From contig OZ242260.1 of the NCBI GenBank assembly GCA_965207065.1, positions 1,856,001-1,920,000 on the forward strand: a stretch of DNA of 64,000 nucleotides, written 5' to 3'. Source of the stretch: a bacterium. Lineage in GTDB: Bacteria > UBA8248. Positions 39,479 through 48,907 of this stretch are shown here, one piece after another (the stretch's first letter is position 1; every line of letters begins with the position of its first letter). Below the pieces are notes generated by a model. That model saw only the letters and a program-made list of their open reading frames with translations, had not been told where the DNA came from and ran no database searches. The position numbers and the translations under genes were made by a program.

Positions 39479-40165
39479 ATGGGCGTGAGCGAGGGAGTCC
39501 CCGATTTTCAGGCGTTGCGCGAGATGTATCACACAGAAGTGGAGGGGCTGAGCGACGCCCAGCTCGACTGGGAAGACCCGTCCGAGGAGTGGTCGCGCTG
39601 GAGCATCCGGCGGCAGATAAGCCACGTGGCGCTCGCCTATTTCTTCTGGTGGGTGAAGATGTGGGGCAAGACGCTCTGGCCGGAGAACCCGCCCGCAGAC
39701 CCGGTGGATTTCACCAAGGCGGCTCCCAATCAATATGACCGCAGGCTGGATGAGGAGAAATTCTGGCGGCTCGAGGATTTGCTGCCCAAGTTCGATGAGG
39801 CGCTCGCCTTCGCCGAACGCGCCGCCGAGGGAAAGAGTGAGGATGAGTTGAAGTCGCTGGCCATCACCCGCTCTTTCAAGCCCGAGTTGCTGATGGGCGA
39901 TACGGACCTGCCGGTCTACCGGTTCTGGATGCACATCTCCACGTTTCACGACGAGGGTCTATCGCAAGACGCGGAAGATGAGACGAAATTCACCTACACT
40001 CTGGCTGGCATGCTCCGGCAGCTGTACTGGGAGGCGTTGGTGCATCTGAGGACCATTCAACGCCTGAAACTCAAACAGGGGCTCACGCCAGTCGCGCAGA
40101 TTCCGAGGGAGGGCTTGCTGCTCGACCCGTTCTTCTGGGGACCCGAAGATGAACCCAGGATGTGA
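39479..40165 (+). CDS. DinB superfamily protein
   Basis: LSDAQLDW, WSIRRQISHV, EALVHLRTIQR. Confidence 0.65.
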   Translation: MGVSEGVPDFQALREMYHTEVEGLSDAQLDWEDPSEEWSRWSIRRQISHVALAYFFWWVKMWGKTLWPENPPADPVDFTKAAPNQYDRRLDEEKFWRLEDLLPKFDEALAFAERAAEGKSEDELKSLAITRSFKPELLMGDTDLPVYRFWMHISTFHDEGLSQDAEDETKFTYTLAGMLRQLYWEALVHLRTIQRLKLKQGLTPVAQIPREGLLLDPFFWGPEDEPRM

Positions 40166-40200
40166 GGGCGCGCGCCGCCCGCTTTTTTGAGGATGTTCCG

Positions 40201-41004
40201 ATGCCGTTCGTGACGCTGCCTTCAGGCGTAGAGATTTTCTATGAGACTCAAGGCGAGGGGCCTCCCCTTCTGCTCGTGAGCGGAACGGGCCATGACCACA
40301 CCTTCTGGTCGGCGCAGCTTCCCCTGTTGAGCGCGGATTACCGCTGCATCGTCTTCGACAACCGGGGGGTGGGCAGGAGCACGGCGCCCGCTCTTGGGTA
40401 TTCCCTGGCGGACATGGCCGATGACGCCGCTGGCGTTCTGGACGCCGCAGGAGTGGAGCGCGCCCACGTGATGGGGTTTTCGATGGGCGGGCACATATCC
40501 ACCGAACTCACCCTTCGCCACCCCGGGCGCGTCGTCAGCCTGGGGCTCCACCACACCTGGGCGAGAAACTGCGCGCGGCTGGGTTCTTTTCAGCGCGCCC
40601 GCATGCGCCTCGCCGCGCGCGGCGAACGGGAGGCGCTCGTGGAACTGAGCCTCCTGGGCCTTTACTCCCACGAATACTACGACGCGAACGCCGAGGTAAT
40701 GGAACAGAAAAGGCAGTGGCTCACCGAGCAATCGGGCGTCGATCTCGGTTGGGAGGGGCAACTGCGCGCCTGCCTGGAGGGAGATACCCTCGAACGGCTT
40801 CACCAGATTCAGGTTCCCACGCTCGTCACCTGTTCGGATCGCGACCTGATCGTCGACCCCCACCACGCGAAGGAAATCCACGAGCGCATCGCGGGTTCGA
40901 AGCTCATCGTCATGGAGGGGACGGGCCACGTGGCGCTCATCGAGCGGCCAGATGCGTTCGCGCGCATCTGCCATGAGTTTCTGGCCTCCCTGCCGCGGGA
41001 ATGA
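40201..41004 (+). CDS. Alpha/beta hydrolase
   Basis: FDNRGVG, GFSMGG, TGHV. Confidence 0.88.
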   Translation: MPFVTLPSGVEIFYETQGEGPPLLLVSGTGHDHTFWSAQLPLLSADYRCIVFDNRGVGRSTAPALGYSLADMADDAAGVLDAAGVERAHVMGFSMGGHISTELTLRHPGRVVSLGLHHTWARNCARLGSFQRARMRLAARGEREALVELSLLGLYSHEYYDANAEVMEQKRQWLTEQSGVDLGWEGQLRACLEGDTLERLHQIQVPTLVTCSDRDLIVDPHHAKEIHERIAGSKLIVMEGTGHVALIERPDAFARICHEFLASLPRE

Positions 41005-41049
41005 GGAACAACCACTATTCCATGAAGATATTCTTTGGAGCAGTACGAC

Positions 41050-41637
41050 ATGAAAAAAATCATCTTCATCTTAGCGGTAGGCGCATTCCTCTTCTTTCTT
41101 TTTTTCCAGTTCAAAGATAGTTCGAGTAAGACTCGTGATATAGATACCAGCGAATTTATCATGAAGTTAATGGGGAAGAGCCATGAATTGCTTTTAAACC
41201 AATGCAAGCCTATGGGCGTAGTAATAAATGGAAACAAGCATTTATTAGAGACAGAACCACTTCCAACCAAAATCAAAGTAGGTATAAAAGAATCAGATAG
41301 GATTTCCATCAGTAATTTAGTGATAAATAAATTGCGTTCGCATGGCCTTTATAGAGAGAACTTGGTTATTACGCACAAAACAGATGAACCCGTATCAGTA
41401 TTATACATCGATGCCTTGGCCATTGGAGGTGACCATAATATTAGCTTGTATTTTAGGAAAGATATTCGAGACATTATTTGGAATGCCCCCATTTACTCGG
41501 GAGAAGATGAAATTTTGTGGTCAAACTATTTGCTTCCAGAGCTAACAAATGGAGACATATCATCAGAAGTATCAAAGCATGTTGATTATTTCTTGAGTGA
41601 GTTCCTTAAGGCCAATAAGGATGAATGCGGAAAGTAG
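41050..41637 (+). CDS. Hypothetical membrane-anchored protein, low GC
   Basis: MKKIIFIL... N-terminal TM helix; AT-rich open frame. Confidence 0.6.
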   Translation: MKKIIFILAVGAFLFFLFFQFKDSSSKTRDIDTSEFIMKLMGKSHELLLNQCKPMGVVINGNKHLLETEPLPTKIKVGIKESDRISISNLVINKLRSHGLYRENLVITHKTDEPVSVLYIDALAIGGDHNISLYFRKDIRDIIWNAPIYSGEDEILWSNYLLPELTNGDISSEVSKHVDYFLSEFLKANKDECGK

Positions 41638-41856
41638 GGCCTTGATATTGGGAATTCCGTAAAACAACACCGCGCCGCTGTTTCGGGCGAGTGAATCCCA
41701 ATTCCCGGAAAGCGCCTGAAGCCGCCGCCGGTTTGACAAAAGGCTTGATCTTGGGGCAAGAAAAAACCGGTTTCATTCTCATTGCTTATCGAACCGGACG
41801 GCCTTGATATTCGGAAAGCGAGGTGCGCCATCCTCAAGAAGATTTTCGGCAGGTTT

Positions 41857-42480
41857 ATGCAGAAGAATGACCCTCCATCAGTAGGCGGGCCGCCCGCGCC
41901 GAGTGGCGGCTTCGGCCTGCCCATGGCGCCGGATCAGGCGGGGCAGGAAGCCCTTTTCGCCGAAAAAATCGAGGCCCACGGTAAATGGCTGCAAAGTTCC
42001 GGCGCGCGCGGAGAACGCGCCGACTTCTCGGGCGCGCATCTCGAGGCGATCAGCCTTTTCATGGTGAATCTCACCAAGGCGGATCTGCGCGAAGTTCATC
42101 TCGCGGGTGCAAATGCGCAATGGGCGAACCTCGATGGGGCGGACCTCGCCGGCGCCCATCTCGAAGGGGCCGATCTGTTCCAGTCCAGCCTCGAGGGGGC
42201 GAATCTCACCGGCGCGCGGATGGCAGGAGCGAACATGATGTCGGCCGCTCTCAAGTTCGCGGATTTGACGGGCGCGGACCTCACGGGAGCCGACCTGCGC
42301 GGCGCCTCGCTCCAGCGGACGAAGCTCTCGGGCGCGAACCTCTCGGACGCGCTTGTCGACGAAGCCGACCTGGAGCTCACCGACATCCGGGGCGTCGATC
42401 TCTCGGGTGTAAAAGGGCTGACGCCCGAGCAGGTAGAAGGCGCGCTCAAGGACGGAGAGACGCTCTTCCCGGATGTATGA
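41857..42480 (+). CDS. Pentapeptide repeat protein
   Basis: HGKWL..G.RADF followed by tandem A(D/N)LxG repeats. Confidence 0.9.
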   Translation: MQKNDPPSVGGPPAPSGGFGLPMAPDQAGQEALFAEKIEAHGKWLQSSGARGERADFSGAHLEAISLFMVNLTKADLREVHLAGANAQWANLDGADLAGAHLEGADLFQSSLEGANLTGARMAGANMMSAALKFADLTGADLTGADLRGASLQRTKLSGANLSDALVDEADLELTDIRGVDLSGVKGLTPEQVEGALKDGETLFPDV

Positions 42481-42547
42481 GGCTTATCTTCGGGATATTT
42501 CCTTGTGATCGTATTGGAAGTGCAAAGCTGAAAAGACGTTGATTACG

Positions 42548-42979
42548 TCACTTGAGCAGAGGCTCGACTTCTGAAGAAGATACGAGTTCTTTTATCAATC
42601 CGTAATTCAGGCGCTGGTTCTCCCGTTTGAGGTTGGGAATTTCTTTATCAACTACTTCGTTGATTTCAATGGCGATTTTTTTGGGATTTTTATCCCCGTA
42701 ATTTATCAGGAATCCCATTAGTTTTCCGCTGTTCTCGCCAACGAATATACTTGTCGTTTCGTTTCGCTTTCGCTCTATGGCTTTTTCGTTGTCGATGTAA
42801 TGGAATGTGAGCTTCATTTTTTCTTGTTCTTCATCGGTATTCGATGTAAGTGATTTCGGTATATCGAACACGGACAGTGAAATAGATACTTTGACACCAT
42901 TAATGTTTTTAATTACTTCTTGCGCTTTAAGAAGATGATGGAAATTTTCTGAATCGAGGATAATGGTTTTTTCCGTCAT
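42548..42979 (-). CDS. Hypothetical protein, low GC
   Basis: 143-aa ORF with GGAG RBS, directly downstream of the 43004-43690 gene. Confidence 0.65.
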   Translation of the reverse strand: MTEKTIILDSENFHHLLKAQEVIKNINGVKVSISLSVFDIPKSLTSNTDEEQEKMKLTFHYIDNEKAIERKRNETTSIFVGENSGKLMGFLINYGDKNPKKIAIEINEVVDKEIPNLKRENQRLNYGLIKELVSSSEVEPLLK

Positions 42980-43003
42980 AGGGTTGTCTCCAGGCCGAAT
43001 CGA

Positions 43004-43690
43004 CTATAGCAATTTTTCAATGGTGGCGGCAATAGATTCAAACAGTTCCTTATTCTTGGAATTGTCCAAAAAGTCATCAGGATTTCTGCTGTCCAAGACG
43101 AGAACACCCCATCTTTTTCCGTCTAAATTCCGTATGGGCGTGGCGGCGATGCTTCTGGATTTGACGTTCAGTCGTTTGGCTTTCCCCAAAGGCAAATGAC
43201 CCGCCTTTGCATATTCTTTGCATGTATCGTCATCATCGCGCCATTGTGAGGAAATTTTAGGCAAGTCAGAGTAATTGAGCGTCGTATCCTTGAACCAGGC
43301 CTGTCCCGCAATACCTTCATTCTGCATTTCGTTGTCGTTGTTAATTTGAAAAGATTGCACATTCCTCTGATATTGCGTACCCGAACGGCAAAAGAATTTC
43401 AGTTTGGTTTCTCTGCGATTCGCTTTGAAAAGTGTCGCTCGGTGGTGAAACATTTCATCGGGAGGCATGTTCTTGAATAGTGCATCGCGTAGGATATTCA
43501 GAGCGCTTTTATATGACGCTTTGGATATCCAGTTGATATATTCTTCTCCAATAAACGCCGCACCGGCGATAACCCCCAGTAAAATGTATACTTTGCCGTT
43601 CTTGAAATTCAGTAACGGGAGAGTCGTAAGCAATAGCAGGCATATGAATTGGCCCGTTTTGGTAAAAAAGACGAACCTTCTATGTTGCAT
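43004..43690 (-). CDS. Hypothetical 2-TM protein with GAF-like domain, low GC
   Basis: Two hydrophobic segments; EGIAGQAW and SRSIAATPI...WGVLVLDS GAF-like motifs. Confidence 0.65.
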   Translation of the reverse strand: MQHRRFVFFTKTGQFICLLLLTTLPLLNFKNGKVYILLGVIAGAAFIGEEYINWISKASYKSALNILRDALFKNMPPDEMFHHRATLFKANRRETKLKFFCRSGTQYQRNVQSFQINNDNEMQNEGIAGQAWFKDTTLNYSDLPKISSQWRDDDDTCKEYAKAGHLPLGKAKRLNVKSRSIAATPIRNLDGKRWGVLVLDSRNPDDFLDNSKNKELFESIAATIEKLL

Positions 43691-43923
43691 GAATACGCTT
43701 TCTGGGTCCTCAATATGCCTTTAAGAGATATCCTTAATGTATATGCGGGAAATAAAGAAAACAACTGTATTTGCAAGCATTTTGAAGCGGATCACAATTT
43801 CGGGAGTACGTGCGCGCACATATTCGAGGGTTTGGTTTTCGGCGTCTCCTCCGTGTCTTTTTCTTTTGCGGAAATCGGTTTATGATGAATTTTTTGGGGA
43901 ACAATGAGCAGGAGTGATTCGGC

Positions 43924-45018
43924 ATGTCGCAGACGACGCAAATGGTGGACCAGGAAGTCGATCTGGTGGAGTACTACTACGAACAGGGTTTTTCGGACGG
44001 GCTTCCCGTCGTCCCGCCCACGCCCGAGAAGATAGACGCCGCCCTCGCGGCCCTGGGCGGCGATAAAGACCTCATCGAGTGCCGCGTGCCCCCGCGCTGG
44101 GGCAACCTCACGAGAGAGGTTCTGGCGATCAACATGGTGATGGCGGGCTGCAAGCCGGAATACGCGCCCGTCGTCCGCGCGGCGATGCTGGCGCTTTGCG
44201 ACCCGCATTTCAACCTGAACGGTGTACAGGCCACCACCCACATGGCGTGTCCCCTCATCGTGGTGAACGGGCCGGTTCGCGGCGAGATAGGCATGAACGC
44301 GGGCTGCAACGTGTTCGGCTCGGGCAACCGCGCAAACGCGACGATAGGCCGCGCGGTGCGGATGATGCTCTTGAACGCCGGCGGCGCCTGGCCGGGCGAC
44401 TTGGACAAGAGCACGCTGGGCTGCCCCACGAAATACACCTACTGCATCGCGGAGAACGAAGAGGCGAGCCCCTGGGCGCCCTACCATGTGGAGCAGGGCT
44501 ACGCGCCCGAGGATTCCACGGTCTTCGCCATCGCCGCCGAGGCCCCCCACAGCGTGACGAACCACATCTCGGATGATCCCGAGGGCATCCTCGACAGCAT
44601 CTGCTCGGCGATGAGCACGATCGCGCACAACAATTCGGTGAGCAGCGGTTCTTGCGCCGTCGTCATCAGCCCCGAGCACGGGGCGACCATCAGCGCAAAA
44701 AACTGGACGCGAAACGACGTGAAGAGCTACTTGTGGATGCACACCAAAAACACGTTCGCCGATATTTCGTTCAACCACCGCTACGGGAAGGTCTACAACC
44801 GAAACATCCCCAAGTGGTACAGGCGCGAGCCGGACGAGAGAATCCCCATCGTGCCCAGTCCCGAGAACATTCACCTGTTCGTGGCGGGCGGGGATGCGGG
44901 GCGTTTTTCGGCGTTCATTCCCGGCTGGGGCCACATGACGAATCCGGTGCTGCGGGCCATTGACGGAAGAGCGCTCGAAGGCGGCCCCGTCTGCGTGGAC
45001 GGCACCTGTCTGCTATAG
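43924..45018 (+). CDS. Conserved partner protein of UGSC-family selenoproteins
   Basis: GFSDGLPVVPPT, AINMVMAGCKPEY, GNRANATIGRA, AENEEASPW; C-terminal CVDGTC. Confidence 0.8.
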   Translation: MSQTTQMVDQEVDLVEYYYEQGFSDGLPVVPPTPEKIDAALAALGGDKDLIECRVPPRWGNLTREVLAINMVMAGCKPEYAPVVRAAMLALCDPHFNLNGVQATTHMACPLIVVNGPVRGEIGMNAGCNVFGSGNRANATIGRAVRMMLLNAGGAWPGDLDKSTLGCPTKYTYCIAENEEASPWAPYHVEQGYAPEDSTVFAIAAEAPHSVTNHISDDPEGILDSICSAMSTIAHNNSVSSGSCAVVISPEHGATISAKNWTRNDVKSYLWMHTKNTFADISFNHRYGKVYNRNIPKWYRREPDERIPIVPSPENIHLFVAGGDAGRFSAFIPGWGHMTNPVLRAIDGRALEGGPVCVDGTCLL

Positions 45019-45044
45019 CGTTTCAGAGAAAACAGGAGGAAACC

Positions 45045-45587
45045 ATGAGTGACGTCATCACTGGCCAGGTCGTCTACGACCCCCGGGGGGTGGTGGAGGC
45101 CGAGGCCCAGCCCACCGCAAAACGCGTCGGGGACCTGAAGGGTCTCAAGCTTGGAGTCCTGGACAACACCAAGTGGAACGGGCGCAGGCTGCTCGAGAAG
45201 ACCACCGCGCTGATGGAGGCGGAAGGCCCCTTCTCCGAGGTGCATTACTACAAGAAAGAGAGCTTTTCCAAGAACGCGGCGCCCGATTTGATCGCGCAGA
45301 TCGCGGAGGAGAACGACGTCGTCCTGACGGCGATTGGCGACTGAGGCTCCTGCACTTCGTGCTGTATGCACGATGCGATTTCCCTGGAAGAAAAAGGCGT
45401 GCCCACCGCAGTCGTCGTGACCGAGGTTTTCCTGCATGAGGCCCACGTGCAAAGGGCGGCCTTAGGCATGAACGGCCTGGACCCCGTTGTCATCCAACAC
45501 CCCCTGAGCACGCTGTCTGATGAGGAAATCTCCGCGCGCGCGGGCGATGCGGCCCGCCAGGCGGTGAAGATTCTGCTCGAAGGCTAG
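45045..45587 (+). CDS. UGSC-motif selenoprotein, 180 aa, Sec at codon 100 (TGA 45342-45344)
   Basis: In-frame reading VLTAIGD-U-GSCTSCCMHDAISLEEKGVPT; hairpin downstream of the TGA. Confidence 0.9.
45352..45376 (+). promoter_or_regulatory. Putative bacterial SECIS element
   Basis: TCGTGC-TGTAT-GCACGA stem-loop 12 nt after the UGA, GU in the loop, extended by GCA/TGC with a bulge. Confidence 0.7.
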
Positions 45588-45598
45588 CCCGGCATTTC

Positions 45599-46831
45599 AT
45601 GACGAAGCCACTCGAAGGCATCCGCGTCCTCGACCTGACGCAGTTTCTCTCAGGCCCGCAGGCCACGCTTTTTCTGGCGGGGCTGGGGGCCGAGGTCATC
45701 CGTATCGACAATCCGGCCACGGGCGACCCGGTGGCCTATTCCCCTCCCTACATCGGCGAGAAGGGCGTCTCCTACCATCCCCAGACGGATGAAGACCTGG
45801 GAATGGCCTACCTCAAGCGCACGCGCGCGAAAAAGGCGATTACCCTGAACATCAAGGACCCCCGGGGTCTCGATATGTTCTACGGACTCGTCGATCGCTC
45901 CGACATCCTGGTAGAGAATTTCTCCGTCGGCGTCACGAAAAGGCTCAAGATCGACTACGAGACGCTTCATGCGAGAAAACCCTCCCTGGTCTACTGCTCC
46001 ATCACGGGCTACGGCCAGACGGGGCCGGACTCCGGCCTCAAGGGCTACGACGCCGTCTCGCAGGCGGCCTCGGGCCTCATGAACCTCACCGGATTTCCCG
46101 ACGGTCCGCCCACCAAGGCGGGCTCCGCCCTGGGCGACAGCGTGGGCGGCACGTTCGCCTTCGGCGCCATCATGACGGCGCTCTTTCACCGCGAGCGCAC
46201 AGGCATGGGCCAGCAGGTCGACATTTCGATGATCGACTGCATCTTCTCGCTCATATTCGATGAGCCGATGGATTGCTACGAGCAGCTGGGGCTTCCGCCC
46301 CGCATCGGCAATCGCATCATGCGGCTTGCGCCGTTCAACGCGTATGAGACGAAAGACGGCTGGGTCATCATCGCCTCGGGCACCAACGCGCACTGGCACA
46401 ACATTCTGCGCGGCATCGAGCGGGCGGATTTGATCGGCGATGAACGATACGAGGACATGAGCCGGCGCGTGAGCAGGGTCGCGGAGGTCGACGCCACCAT
46501 CACCGAATGGACGAGGCGGCGCGAGACGAAAGAAGCGGTCTCCTGGTTGCGCGAGCACGATGTCATCTGCGGGCCGGTGAACAGCATCGACGACATTCTC
46601 GCGTGGCCCCACATGCAGGAGCGCGGGATGATTGTCGACCTCGAACACCCCACCCTCGGAACCCTTGAGAGCGCAAAAGCCCCGGGCTTCCCCTTCAAAT
46701 TCAGCGAAATGGAAGGCGGCTACGCCGCTCCCGCCCCGCTCGTCGGCCAGCACAACGCGGAATTACTGGGCGGCCTGCTCGGCGTGTCGGATGCGGAGTT
46801 GAAAGAACTCGAAGATGAGGGCGTGGTCTAG
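45599..46831 (+). CDS. Class III CoA-transferase (CaiB/BaiF), close paralog of 4483-5715
   Basis: PLEGIRVLDLT, LVENFSVGVT, SITGYGQTGP, ALGDSVGG. Confidence 0.93.
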   Translation: MTKPLEGIRVLDLTQFLSGPQATLFLAGLGAEVIRIDNPATGDPVAYSPPYIGEKGVSYHPQTDEDLGMAYLKRTRAKKAITLNIKDPRGLDMFYGLVDRSDILVENFSVGVTKRLKIDYETLHARKPSLVYCSITGYGQTGPDSGLKGYDAVSQAASGLMNLTGFPDGPPTKAGSALGDSVGGTFAFGAIMTALFHRERTGMGQQVDISMIDCIFSLIFDEPMDCYEQLGLPPRIGNRIMRLAPFNAYETKDGWVIIASGTNAHWHNILRGIERADLIGDERYEDMSRRVSRVAEVDATITEWTRRRETKEAVSWLREHDVICGPVNSIDDILAWPHMQERGMIVDLEHPTLGTLESAKAPGFPFKFSEMEGGYAAPAPLVGQHNAELLGGLLGVSDAELKELEDEGVV

Positions 46832-46838
46832 GGGGTTT

Positions 46839-47684
46839 ATGAAAAGCGGGACCTCTTGTTATTCATCCATGCGGCATCCTGGTTTCATCCTGGCGGTGGT
46901 TTGTTTTCTTCTTATTTGGGGGAATGGGCGCTCTGGCGCTCAAGCTTTCGAAAGACTGAACCCGAAAACCCTCGATTTGTTCGATGAAGCAAGGCGCACC
47001 TTCGATTCCGCCTATTTCATGAGCGAGATAAATGGCGAGTTCATCGAAGGCAGGATGAGCGACGAATTGATTCAGCGAAATCTCACAAGTCTTGAGAAGA
47101 AACGCCCCACCATCATTTTTTCACACGGCTGCACCGGGCTCGGCCGCGGGAACTTGCGATATATGCGCCTGCTGGCTCGAGCAGGGTACGCCGTCATCGC
47201 GCCCGACAGCTTCGCCCGCCGTTACCGGCCGGAAACCTGCGACCCTTCCCGACACCGGGGCATAAAGGGAGCGCCGCACAGGCGGGTGAACCGGATGCGG
47301 CAGGAGGAGATTCACCACGCGGCGTACAGGGTCCGGCGCATTCGGTGGGTGGACAAGAAAAACCTCTTTCTGATGGGACACAGCCAGGGCGGCACCGCAG
47401 TCGCTGCCTACGAGGGGGATGAGTTCAAGGCCCACGTCATCAGTGGTTCGGTATGCTGGCGTGGCCTTCGGTCGCCACGCGGGACGCCCATCCTCGCGCT
47501 GTACTCAGTGGACGATCCGTGGCGGCGGAACAGGCCCGCCGATAGTTGCCTGCGCAAGGCCAGAGCGCGAGGCGTGAACATGGAGTTCCATCTATTCGAG
47601 GGCCGGGCGCACAACCTCTCGCGCAACAAGATGGCAAGACGGCAGATTCTCGATTTTCTTGGCCGACACCGCAGAACGGAATAA
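46839..47684 (+). CDS. Secreted dienelactone hydrolase-family protein
   Basis: HGCTG, GHSQGG, AHN. Confidence 0.8.
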   Translation: MKSGTSCYSSMRHPGFILAVVCFLLIWGNGRSGAQAFERLNPKTLDLFDEARRTFDSAYFMSEINGEFIEGRMSDELIQRNLTSLEKKRPTIIFSHGCTGLGRGNLRYMRLLARAGYAVIAPDSFARRYRPETCDPSRHRGIKGAPHRRVNRMRQEEIHHAAYRVRRIRWVDKKNLFLMGHSQGGTAVAAYEGDEFKAHVISGSVCWRGLRSPRGTPILALYSVDDPWRRNRPADSCLRKARARGVNMEFHLFEGRAHNLSRNKMARRQILDFLGRHRRTE

Positions 47685-47826
47685 AAGAGGCTTCAGGGCG
47701 CGCGCCTTGGGCTTCGGGTTCAGCCGGTTATCCTGGGGGCGCAATTTCATGAGCGATGCGGCAACACCTGCGCCCCTGTGGTAGGATTCCCCTTGTCGCA
47801 GACTTGAAACCTGGAGGCCTATCTTC

Positions 47827-48813
47827 ATGCGAATCTGCACTTTCAGCCTGGCGGGCGAGGCGCGCATCGGCGTCTTGATTGGTGAGAAAATCGCCGATCT
47901 CAAGATGGCCTACGCCTTATCGCTGAATGAGGAGACGGCGGCGGAGACGATGGACCGCGTCGAGGCCGAGATTCCCGATGACTGCGAGGAGTTCATCGAG
48001 GACCTGGAACTGAACCGTCCTCTGGCCGAGGAGGCTCTCGAGGCGCTTGAAGCGCATGAGAGCAGAAAAGACCCGGTTCGCTTCGACGGAATGCAGGTGG
48101 TCTATGAACCCGATGAAGTCGAGATTCTCCCTCCCGTTATCCCGGACACGCTGTTTTGCATGGCGCGAAACTACGTGGCCCATGCCGCCGAGATGGCGCG
48201 CACCGAAGTGGATGATTTCAAGGAGGAACTCCCGCTCTACTGTTTCCTGAAGCCCTCCACCTGCGTGAGCGGCCCGTATGACGACGTGCCTGTCTATCCC
48301 TCGATGGAAAAGCTCGACTACGAACTCGAACTCGGCGTGCTCATCGGACAGGGCGGCAAGAACATTCCCGTGGAAAGAGCCATGGACCACGTGGGCGGCT
48401 ACACCCTGTTCAACGACATGAGCGATCGCACGACGCTCAACATGGGCAAGTTCATCGACTGGTACGCCATGAAGGCCCCGGATGGATTCGCACCCATCGG
48501 TCCCTACATCCTGCTCCCGGAAGAAGGACTCGACCCCCACGATTTGAGGCTCAAGCTCTGGGTGAACGGCGAATTGAGACAAGACGCCACCACGGGCGAT
48601 ATGGTCTGGCGGGTCGCTGAGCAGATATCGTATCTGTCCGGGATCGCCACGCTGCGGACGGGCGACATCATTGGAACCGGCTCGCCGGCCGGCAACGCCG
48701 CCTCGTGGGGGGAATACCTCCATCCGGACGATCTGATAGAGGGCGAAATCGAGGGGATTGGCCGCCAGGCGTTTCGCATCAAGAGTGAAAGCCCCGAGTA
48801 TACGCCGGGCTAG
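47827..48813 (+). CDS. Fumarylacetoacetate hydrolase family protein
   Basis: RNYVAHAAE, DYELELG, NDMSDR, PIGP, GDIIGTGSP. Confidence 0.92.
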   Translation: MRICTFSLAGEARIGVLIGEKIADLKMAYALSLNEETAAETMDRVEAEIPDDCEEFIEDLELNRPLAEEALEALEAHESRKDPVRFDGMQVVYEPDEVEILPPVIPDTLFCMARNYVAHAAEMARTEVDDFKEELPLYCFLKPSTCVSGPYDDVPVYPSMEKLDYELELGVLIGQGGKNIPVERAMDHVGGYTLFNDMSDRTTLNMGKFIDWYAMKAPDGFAPIGPYILLPEEGLDPHDLRLKLWVNGELRQDATTGDMVWRVAEQISYLSGIATLRTGDIIGTGSPAGNAASWGEYLHPDDLIEGEIEGIGRQAFRIKSESPEYTPG

Positions 48814-48907
48814 TTCTCCCGGCGGTTGATCCGCACCCGTTTGCGCATTAAGATTTTCGCATCGATGAAGTGAATACCGAACCGTTGAAACCCGAGAGGG
48901 GACCACC

